The position numbers and the translations under genes were made by a program. This document shows, one piece after another, positions 1-6,597 of a stretch of DNA of 12,445 nt. The notes beneath the pieces were generated by a model. The model saw nothing but the letters and a program-made list of their open reading frames with translations, had not been told where the DNA came from and searched no databases. Positions within the stretch are counted from its first letter, which is position 1; every line of letters begins with the position of its first letter. The DNA comes from a virus, in IMG/VR virus record IMGVR_UViG_3300045988_104734, positions 1 to 12,445 of that record; one strand, written 5' to 3'.

Positions 1-77
1 CACTCTGTACACTTTGCACAAATAGGAAGCCTCCCCTTTGTGCATATTGTACACATTGCACAAAAAGGGAGGCGGTT
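1..77. repeat. Left terminal inverted repeat (perfect 77 bp; imperfect similarity continues to about 111)
   Basis: Bases 1-77 are the exact reverse complement of 12369-12445. The first mismatch is at position 78 versus 12368. The ITR contains internal direct and inverted repeats. Confidence 0.97.
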
Positions 78-93
78 GCCAGATTGTACAAAT

Positions 94-111
94 TTGGTCA
101 GGTTGACATGC
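94..111. repeat. Subterminal conserved box TTGGTCAGGTTGACATGC (left copy)
   Basis: 17 of 18 bases match the reverse complement of 12320-12337, which lies outside the perfect ITR. The box contains TTGACA. It abuts the stop codon of the tail fibre gene at 112. Confidence 0.8.
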
Positions 112-765
112 TTATGCTGTGTAATAGGTCAGATCGAAAATTAACATACCCTGTGGAACAGTCGAGATCGTTCCAGACTCGACGCTGACTACATTATTCT
201 CGATCTTCGTCTTAATGCGAGTTGTCCCGCTAAGCAGCCCCCAGCCGAAAGCTGTTCCGACGACGCTGTGCGGGAGAGTGGCGACCGGTGTCCAATACTC
301 GGAGCTTTTGCTTGAAAGTGTGGCGTCGATGAAAAACGTAGCGGTATGTCCGGACACGATTGAATAGCACAGAGTGACATTTATTAAATGGTCGGATGGA
401 GTTACATTTGCCACGGTCGGAGTGAGCGAATTTTCAACCGCGATTCTCGCGTTTTCCGCTCTCACCGCATCCGCATTAGCGAGAGCAGCAGCGGCCGCGG
501 CCTCGGTCGCGTCCTTTTCAGCCTCCGCAGCACTGGTCGCCGCGTTCTCTTTCGCGGTGTTGGCCTCGCTCGCCGAAGACTGCGCGGCAATCGCGGCGGC
601 CTGCGCCTCATTGACTTTCTGCATGACCTGCTCAATGATGTCGGGCGTGAGCTGCTGCAATGCCTGAATAACCGCCGGGTCGATGCTCTTAATAATAGAG
701 ATGATCCAGTCGAGATTAATGTCGTGCAGATTAGTGTATGGGAAAAGATGATTAAAGATTGCCAT
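112..765 (-). CDS. Tail fibre / receptor-binding protein (217 aa)
   Basis: The N-terminus FPYTNLHDINLDWII matches the NLDWI-type anchor motif I recall from Firmicutes phage tail fibres. An Ala/Glu-rich predicted coiled coil follows, then a beta-rich C-terminal domain. It is the last gene of the structural module. AAAGGAG lies upstream of the ATG at 765. Confidence 0.6.
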   Translation of the reverse strand: MAIFNHLFPYTNLHDINLDWIISIIKSIDPAVIQALQQLTPDIIEQVMQKVNEAQAAAIAAQSSASEANTAKENAATSAAEAEKDATEAAAAAALANADAVRAENARIAVENSLTPTVANVTPSDHLINVTLCYSIVSGHTATFFIDATLSSKSSEYWTPVATLPHSVVGTAFGWGLLSGTTRIKTKIENNVVSVESGTISTVPQGMLIFDLTYYTA

Positions 766-1504
766 TTTTGCCTTTCTCCTTTTTGTAAATTTCGTTCACA
801 CGATTTTGTACAAGAGAGTAGAACCAAGCGCCGAGCTTTTCTTTCCGGTCGAGGCCGTTTGACCACTTTCCGTCGATCACGTCTCGCGCGATGTTCTCGA
901 TGTCGATCACCAGCTTTTCAGGCTCTGCGCTCGGCTCTTCGAGCTTAAAAAGGTTAATGTCGAAAATGAGATCGAGATCGAGGGGATCGCCGCGGTATTG
1001 ATGCATGACCGCCTCGCCGGTCAGATCGGGAAAATTAATTCCGTCGTTCCATCCCCACGCGGCCACCCAGCGCGGAAGCTCGTCCGCAAGGATTTTCGTG
1101 TCGAACCATGACTGCGACGCATAAACGCCAGAGAACAGGCCGCGCGCCCTCATGCAGCCGCAGAACTCGCGGCACATAAGCGTGATCGAGTCAGGGAATC
1201 CGTGTTTGCGCTTGAAATTGTCGGAGTCCTCCATGTCGAACCAGACGCCGAGAGGCGGGACTTTTCCGTTGAGAAACTTGATGCAAGCGCCCGCTTCGGC
1301 GGCCGCTTCCTTAACGGTCAATGCGTAGGAATACCAGTAAATGCCCCAAGGGATTCCGATCTTTTCAGCTTGCGCCACGAACTCATACGCGCAGCGGTCG
1401 ACAGTCTCCGAAAAACCGCCGCGGATGATGACGAACTCCGGGGAATGATCGGCGATCTTAAAGGATTTTCCTTGATGCTCGGAAATATCGATTCCTTTTA
1501 ACAT
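752..1504 (-). CDS. Endolysin: GH25 muramidase catalytic domain plus one C-terminal CW_7 (Cpl-7-type) cell-wall-binding repeat
   Basis: The N-terminus MLKGIDISEHQG is the GH25 signature, and an acidic FDMEDSD segment follows. The C-terminus IARDVIDGKWSNGLDRKEKLG...LVQNRVNEIY fits the CW_7 consensus. RBS GGAGG lies 7 nt upstream of the ATG at 1504. Confidence 0.9.
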   Translation of the reverse strand: MLKGIDISEHQGKSFKIADHSPEFVIIRGGFSETVDRCAYEFVAQAEKIGIPWGIYWYSYALTVKEAAAEAGACIKFLNGKVPPLGVWFDMEDSDNFKRKHGFPDSITLMCREFCGCMRARGLFSGVYASQSWFDTKILADELPRWVAAWGWNDGINFPDLTGEAVMHQYRGDPLDLDLIFDINLFKLEEPSAEPEKLVIDIENIARDVIDGKWSNGLDRKEKLGAWFYSLVQNRVNEIYKKEKGKNGNL

Positions 1505-1515
1505 GCTCTTTCCTC

Positions 1516-2064
1516 CTAATAAACCAGCAGACAGAAACGGCGCTGAAAGCTGTCGATGATAACGTCATACACGCAATAATCAACGATCTTTCGCTGCTCT
1601 TCGATCATCTGCTGCGATGTTGTGACGCCGATGTTGCCGCGAACGAGGCCGACGTGCTTGCTGCTCGATTTTCCGGAGCTGCTGCCGCCGCTCTCGCTGC
1701 CGTCAGAAGTCACAAGCTCTTGCGAGTTGTAACCGGCCTGTTTGCCGGTCGCAGTGCTTGTCGCCGTGCTGCTGCCCTCGCTGTCGTCCGTCCATTCCTC
1801 ATGTCGGTCGTAGTTAGAGATCGGGTCATATTCATAGTGGAGAGTCTTTTCAAGCTCCTCCCATTTGTCAACCTCGGCCTTCGACCAAGCGCCTATTGCC
1901 TCGCGCATAAATTCCGCGTTCGGGTACAGGATTTCGAGCTCCGCACATTCCATGAGCAGATTGTCGATAAGCGTCTGTTTATCCAGCGCGGCCGGGATTT
2001 TGAAGAAGTCGAAAAGGCCTTTGTTCGCTGTCCACAGTCCTAACAGGCTCATCGTTGCGCTCAT
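1516..2064 (-). CDS. Putative lower collar / head-tail adaptor (phi29 gp11-like), 182 aa from ATG 2064
   Basis: It sits immediately after the portal gene, as in phi29. LHYEYDPISNY and the C-terminal GNIGVTTSQQMIEE resemble remembered phi29 gp11 segments (LNYEYPYHP; IGTTQSAMYG). The start at 2064 was chosen because GGAGG lies 10 nt upstream. The ORF-track start at 2133 would overlap the portal gene by 155 nt. Confidence 0.5.
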   Translation of the reverse strand: MSATMSLLGLWTANKGLFDFFKIPAALDKQTLIDNLLMECAELEILYPNAEFMREAIGAWSKAEVDKWEELEKTLHYEYDPISNYDRHEEWTDDSEGSSTATSTATGKQAGYNSQELVTSDGSESGGSSSGKSSSKHVGLVRGNIGVTTSQQMIEEQRKIVDYCVYDVIIDSFQRRFCLLVY

Positions 2065-2941
2065 CGTTTTCATACCTCCAATCAACAGAAATTTTGAGAT
2101 CGGGGAACATTTTCCGGACGCGCTCGCAGTCATCCTGCAACTGTTCGAGCCACATTCCCGAGCGCGAGAACGTCTCTACGTTGTTTGCGTTAACCTCGTC
2201 TGTGGTCAACCGCTCGCGTTTGGTGATGTTAGCGTTTGGGATGCCGATCTCGGTACAGAACTGGTTTTCGAGCGCTCGCATATCGTCAAAGATTTTCGTT
2301 GCGATGTAGTTTTGCCCGACGTTCTGCGAAAATGTATACCAAGCGTTTTTACCGTCCGGCGCTTTAAGACGAGTGTCGAGAACGACCGCCGGATCGCCCT
2401 GCTGAATTTGATCGTAGAGCTTTTTGAACGTCTCGGCCGCTGCTTTGTTTCCGGCGGCGAACACGTAGGAAAGTTTGCTGTTCAACATGTTCATGCCCGC
2501 CGCCTCGCTTGCAATGGCGAGCTGGTCGGCGTAGTAGGAAACAAGGTCGCCTATACCCATCCAGTCAGGTGTGAGCCGGATAATCTCACAGTCAATGCCG
2601 ATAGTGAACGGATTTGAAATGTCCGGCAGGATAGGATTTGCGACAATGAACTGTGAGGGCTGCATAAAAACGTTGTAGCCGCTGACGCCTCCGAGCTGGG
2701 GAATAACGCCGAATTTCTTCGTCGGCACGATTCCGACATATCCCCAATAAAAGAGGCCGTAGAGGAAATAATTCTTTGCCCAATTGAGCGGCATTTTCCA
2801 GCGGAAAACCGACATTGCTTTCTGTAAAAGGTATCGCTCGAAAAAGCTGTGAAGCGCCGTGTTGCGAACGTGCACTGTCGATGGTGATGTCGAGCCGGAA
2901 ACGGCGTTAATTTGCCGGTAGGAATAGGGCGGATTTGTCAA
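1979..2941 (-). CDS. Portal (upper collar/connector) protein, phi29 gp10-like, about 320 aa
   Basis: EIGIPNANITKRERLTTDEVNANN...SRSG...ISVDWRYE closely parallels remembered phi29 gp10 [23 protein letters not shown]...ESSG...VKVKFRYD. The N-terminal PYSYRQINAV resembles NTYRSINEIQ. The likely start is TTG at 2941, which has GGAGG 9 nt upstream and overlaps the upstream TGA as TTGA. An alternative ATG lies at 3001, and the ORF track extends to 3070. Confidence 0.9.
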   Translation of the reverse strand: MTNPPYSYRQINAVSGSTSPSTVHVRNTALHSFFERYLLQKAMSVFRWKMPLNWAKNYFLYGLFYWGYVGIVPTKKFGVIPQLGGVSGYNVFMQPSQFIVANPILPDISNPFTIGIDCEIIRLTPDWMGIGDLVSYYADQLAIASEAAGMNMLNSKLSYVFAAGNKAAAETFKKLYDQIQQGDPAVVLDTRLKAPDGKNAWYTFSQNVGQNYIATKIFDDMRALENQFCTEIGIPNANITKRERLTTDEVNANNVETFSRSGMWLEQLQDDCERVRKMFPDLKISVDWRYENDERNDEPVRTVDSEQRPFRLLQNPGRAG

Positions 2942-3480
2942 AGTCTGCCACCTCCAAATTTGAAAAGTAACCACGCGGGGATTTTGAAAAACGCTTCCCA
3001 TGCTCGCGCATAGGAAATTCTTGTGTTCTGCGTCGCCGGGCCGGGATCGGCCGGGTGCTCGTAGAACCACAACCAGTATTTTGTGAGAACGTCAACCGGC
3101 AGACTGGACACAAGGAACTCTGAGAGAGTGATCGGCGGGTCAATGCCGAGCTCGGCGTTTCTGAACCATTGCAGATCGTTTACTGCCTCGAAAGAAATTC
3201 GCTGCATCTGGGCGTTGCCGTTGTTTTCCCAGCCGTCGCCCCACCATTCGGAGTATTTTGTGTATGGCGTCCATTGTGTCAGGCCGTAACCTCCGGCATA
3301 CGGTGTTAAATTCTCCCATATGCCGGGATTGATGCCCGATTCTGCCTGAATATTTCCGAGCATGGCGAAAATTGCGTTGCTGCTCCAACCGATGGACAGG
3401 CCGCGTCCGCGAAAGACGCGCGCGTTGTTCTGCATTTCGGTTGTTGATAGGTATCGGTTTCCGGCGATCCAATCACTCAT
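2938..3480 (-). CDS. Tail-associated peptidoglycan hydrolase (phage tail lysozyme, phi29 gp13 N-terminal-domain-like)
   Basis: LGNIQAESGINPG...GGYGLTQWT is the GNxxxES...G(L/I)xQW signature of the phage tail lysozyme family. The gene is embedded between the tail knob and portal genes. Its start overlaps the tail knob stop by 8 nt. Confidence 0.85.
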   Translation of the reverse strand: MSDWIAGNRYLSTTEMQNNARVFRGRGLSIGWSSNAIFAMLGNIQAESGINPGIWENLTPYAGGYGLTQWTPYTKYSEWWGDGWENNGNAQMQRISFEAVNDLQWFRNAELGIDPPITLSEFLVSSLPVDVLTKYWLWFYEHPADPGPATQNTRISYARAWEAFFKIPAWLLFKFGGGRL

Positions 3481-4906
3481 AATACGCCCCGTTCATCAAC
3501 ATTCTGTTGATCGAATCGCGCTCCGCGTCGGTGCGGCCTCCGGAGAACTGCGGCGAGGCGATCTCGACATAGCCGGGAACGTCAGAAATTTTCCGCACCT
3601 CACAAAGCGGGCGGCCTATTTCGTCGTTGTTCTGCGCGGCGATCCGCGAGAACGTGCCGGTGAGACGCACAGGGAAATAGCCTGCGGTGTATGTCCCGTT
3701 TGATCCGAGAGATTGCAGCGGAGATACTTTCGATAGCATATAAGCTCCGACGCCTTTTGCGACGGTCATAAAGGTATTTTCGAGACGGTCAATAACATTC
3801 CCTTGCGGATTGTCGAACTTTACACCAAGCAATGAACTAACGCCACTTTCAAGAGCTTCGGCACCCGCGGCAATAAGGCCCATTGAGGAGTTAGCGATTT
3901 GTACAGGCACGCCGATTTGAGAGCGCAGCACGTTACAATATCCGAACGTTGTTGTGAGAGCGTTAGCGCCGATACGTAACGATCCCTCGCCTGTGATGCA
4001 GTCAACTGTCCATTGAAAATCGAGGAGATCGCAATCAACCAAAGCGGCGGCCGGGACAGTCACGGCCCCGAACGGTTGAAAATCAAGATAATACTGTGAG
4101 TACGGCTCGGAAAGTAGCCAATAACCGCGCGTCAATGCGTCCGGGTGTTTGGGAACTTTGATTGTCAGCGTGCCGCCGGATCGAACCGTCTGTGATAGTT
4201 TTTTCGCGCTCGCCGAGACCTCCCACCATCCGATGGGGATCGTCGTCACGTCGCCGCTCGTTGGCGGCTGTACCGGAATCCAGATACACGAGGAAATGTA
4301 GCTGAACGGATTAAACAGGACTTTTGTCAACTGCTCGGAAATCTCGGCAATGTCTCCGAGATAGTCAGTTGACGAAAGGAGCTTTGCCGAGAACGCGCGA
4401 AATTGCGCATCCGTCATAACGTAGTAGGACACGGCCCCGACGCTGTTTGCGTCGTTATTGATGACTCCCACCACGTAATAACCATTTGCAATGCTCGATG
4501 CAAAGGGGTTGTTTGTGTTCGTTTCGACCGCATACGTAACACCCACCTCCGATACCGCCGCGGGATCGGGAATGCGGCCATTATGCGCAGTGCTCGACCG
4601 GTTAATCATGCATGTCATTTCTCCAATCTCCGAGCGGTATGTGCCGAGCACGTCAACGGCGAGATCGACCTCCCAGAGTCCGCGCAGAAATCGCCAATTC
4701 TCCACGAAATAAAAGCGGTCAAACTCGACGATACGCGCATACCCAAGATTTTGCGGATTGATCGGAGGCTTTAATAGAATCGTGGGCCGGAGAAGACCAG
4801 AGCCGTCCAACAGCTCACAGGAAAATTCTATGTCTGCAAGATCGCCGGGAATTTTGGTCGAATTTGTTCTTTTCGGGAACGTGTAAAATTTAACCGTATA
4901 GGACAT
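3473..4906 (-). CDS. Tail knob / distal tube protein (phi29 gp9-like), 477 aa
   Basis: It follows the capsid gene, as gp9 follows gp8 in phi29. The N-terminal block YARIVEFDRFYFVENWRF...LAVDVLGTY parallels remembered gp9 YIMFQNADYGNKWFYAFV...FEIDVLQTW. RBS GGAGG lies 5 nt upstream of the ATG at 4906. Confidence 0.75.
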   Translation of the reverse strand: MSYTVKFYTFPKRTNSTKIPGDLADIEFSCELLDGSGLLRPTILLKPPINPQNLGYARIVEFDRFYFVENWRFLRGLWEVDLAVDVLGTYRSEIGEMTCMINRSSTAHNGRIPDPAAVSEVGVTYAVETNTNNPFASSIANGYYVVGVINNDANSVGAVSYYVMTDAQFRAFSAKLLSSTDYLGDIAEISEQLTKVLFNPFSYISSCIWIPVQPPTSGDVTTIPIGWWEVSASAKKLSQTVRSGGTLTIKVPKHPDALTRGYWLLSEPYSQYYLDFQPFGAVTVPAAALVDCDLLDFQWTVDCITGEGSLRIGANALTTTFGYCNVLRSQIGVPVQIANSSMGLIAAGAEALESGVSSLLGVKFDNPQGNVIDRLENTFMTVAKGVGAYMLSKVSPLQSLGSNGTYTAGYFPVRLTGTFSRIAAQNNDEIGRPLCEVRKISDVPGYVEIASPQFSGGRTDAERDSINRMLMNGAYYE

Positions 4907-4917
4907 GACAACCTCCT

Positions 4918-4960
4918 ATAAAAGATCGCGCGGCGGGCATATCGGTCATCCGCCGCGCGA
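4918..4960 (-). terminator. Intrinsic terminator or attenuator downstream of the major capsid gene
   Basis: A perfect 11-bp GC-rich stem (4926-4936 pairs with 4950-4960) encloses a 13-nt loop. On the minus strand it is followed by UCUUUUAU. It lies in the 64-nt gap between the capsid stop and the tail knob start. Confidence 0.7.
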
Positions 4961-4970
4961 CCCATGAGCA

Positions 4971-6146
4971 CTAATCGAGCGTGAAAACGACCGCGTTCTC
5001 CGTGAAGTCGTTCCAGTAACGATCCTGGAAGTTCCAGAACGTATTAGCGTAACGACCGCGGGGATTCCAAATCGAGCCGACGTCGTAGTTGCAGACGGAA
5101 ATTCCGGCCGCCTCTTCGTCCATGAGCACCGCGAACACGTTCGCAACGTCCACCTTTTCCGCCTCCGTCGTGATCGTGCCGTCGGCCGCCAGATAGGACG
5201 GCAGCGCGGAAACAGCGTCCGGCGTCTTGATCGACTGCCAGAAGTTGACGATCTCGTTGGACGCGTCGCGGATATAATTCTCGTGATAGGTGTCCGCGAG
5301 CACGCGCGCCTCCGTCTCGAATTTCGCGGGCGCGTACATGAACACTTTCTGTCGGGCCATCGGCGTATGACGGATGAAATTCCCGGCCGTGATGTTCGTG
5401 TGGAAATCGATGCTTCGCTCGGTCATCAGAGACGAAATAGAGGCAATGCGCGCATATACCCACTTCATAAACGCGGGGAATACGTCAGGCGCATGAACGG
5501 TCGTTGCGGTATACTTGCCGCCGGTCGCGGCGTTGTACTCTGTCAGAAGATGGATATTCTGCTGCGCGTTCGCCTGTTTCGCGATACCGGCAATGAGGTT
5601 TGCCATAGTCGCGCGGGCCGTCGTTTCATGATCCTGTTCGATCTGGTCGGACACATTCTGCATCTGTCCGGCGATGAACGATGCAAATTCATCCGGCGAC
5701 GTGAACGCCGCGTCGAGCTGATCGCGGAAAACAGTGGTCTTGCGCTCATAGTCGGTGCGCCCATAGAAATTCGTCTGGATGATTTTGGGCTTGCTCACGT
5801 TGAACGGATCGACGCTCGCGGCGTCTGCCGGAGCGAGACCCGCGTCGTCGACGGGATCGCTGTCCAGATAGTTGATCTTTCGGACGTGGTTTCCCCACTT
5901 CCGAGAATCCACGAACAGGCCGCCGAACTTGCGGGTATACGGCCGCACGGAAAAGATCGTGCGCGCGAGCACCTGCGAAATCGCGTTCATGGCGGGCTCG
6001 TAGCCGGTTTTGAGCAGCGTCTGCCCGACACTGACGAATTCGCCAGTGTTGATCGGAGACTGGACGCTATGTCCGGTCGCCTGATGCAGCATTTCGGCGA
6101 GAGTCGCCGAGAGCTGCACAAATTCAAGATTGTTCACATTGGGCAT
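4971..6146 (-). CDS. Major capsid protein (phi29 gp8-like HK97-fold), 391 aa
   Basis: The C-terminus SIWNPRGRYANTFWNF...FTENAVVF parallels remembered phi29 gp8 TVRNPRGLYWNYYYHV...FANAVAF. The gene sits directly after the scaffold candidate with a TAATG stop/start overlap. There is no Ig-like C-terminal extension. Confidence 0.85.
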   Translation of the reverse strand: MPNVNNLEFVQLSATLAEMLHQATGHSVQSPINTGEFVSVGQTLLKTGYEPAMNAISQVLARTIFSVRPYTRKFGGLFVDSRKWGNHVRKINYLDSDPVDDAGLAPADAASVDPFNVSKPKIIQTNFYGRTDYERKTTVFRDQLDAAFTSPDEFASFIAGQMQNVSDQIEQDHETTARATMANLIAGIAKQANAQQNIHLLTEYNAATGGKYTATTVHAPDVFPAFMKWVYARIASISSLMTERSIDFHTNITAGNFIRHTPMARQKVFMYAPAKFETEARVLADTYHENYIRDASNEIVNFWQSIKTPDAVSALPSYLAADGTITTEAEKVDVANVFAVLMDEEAAGISVCNYDVGSIWNPRGRYANTFWNFQDRYWNDFTENAVVFTLD

Positions 6147-6592
6147 TATTTTTTCTCCCCTCCATTAATGAGATTTGTGAGATATGCCTCCGCGATCTCT
6201 CCCGGAGACTGCGGCGGCGTTTCGCGCGAGATGGTCAGAATGTTGTGCTGCTGCACCGCGCCCAGCAGCTCAGCGATCTTCTGATTGATCGCTGCGAGCT
6301 CTGGATTTGCCGGAGCAGCCGGAGCAGCCGGAGCAGCCGGAGCAGCCGGAGCAGCCGGAACAGCCGGAGCAGCCGGAGCAGCCGGGGCTGTGGGAGCAGC
6401 CGGAGCAGCCGGAGCAGCCGGAGCCGCCGGAGCAGCCGGAGCAGCCGGAGCCGCCGGAGCAGCCGGAGCCGCCGGAGCAGCCGCCGGAGCAGCCGGAGCA
6501 GCCGGAGCAGCCGGGTCCGGTGTCAAAAGCCGCTCGATGAATGCCGCGGAAAATCCCGCGTCAAGCAGTTTGTTTACATCTTCGAGATTCAT
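6146..6592 (-). CDS. Putative scaffolding protein with central (PAA)n linker (148 aa from ATG 6592; the ORF-track GTG is at 6601)
   Basis: It lies immediately upstream of the capsid gene and is translationally coupled to it, like phi29 gp7. It has helical N- and C-terminal segments. The central region holds about 23 Pro-Ala-Ala units. Function is inferred from position only. Confidence 0.45.
   Translation of the reverse strand: MNLEDVNKLLDAGFSAAFIERLLTPDPAAPAAPAAPAAAPAAPAAPAAPAAPAAPAAPAAPAAPAAPTAPAAPAAPAVPAAPAAPAAPAAPAAPANPELAAINQKIAELLGAVQQHNILTISRETPPQSPGEIAEAYLTNLINGGEKK
6309..6515. repeat. Tandem 9-bp repeat (GCCGGAGCA)n, about 23 units, in-frame within the scaffold candidate
   Basis: The repeat is directly visible. 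Units are mostly identical, with a few single-base variants (gccggaaca, a ggggctgtggga segment, gccgccgga) and one 12-nt unit. It encodes PAAPAAPAA on the minus strand. Confidence 0.97.
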
Positions 6593-6597
6593 GTTGT

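Noticed and set aside
103-135. The left-end TTGACA (103-108) as an inward plus-strand promoter.
   Set aside because: No acceptable -10 hexamer lies 16-18 nt downstream (the candidates are AGGTCA and TAGGTC), and there are no plus-strand genes to express. It is kept only as a conserved box of unknown role.
5283-6284. Long plus-strand ORFs opposite the real genes, for example 5283-6284 (333 aa), 1865-2617 (250 aa), 7884-8606 (240 aa), 8636-9340 (234 aa), 9611-10168 and 10193-10663.
   Set aside because: Their translations are Arg/Cys/His-rich with no recognisable motifs. Each lies antisense to a minus-strand ORF with clear family signatures. None has a convincing RBS. They are shadow ORFs typical of fairly GC-rich coding DNA.
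6309-6515. A CRISPR array or other spacer-containing repeat locus.
   Set aside because: The units are 9 bp and directly abutting, with no spacers, and they lie in frame inside a CDS. This is a coding microsatellite-like tandem repeat, not a CRISPR array.
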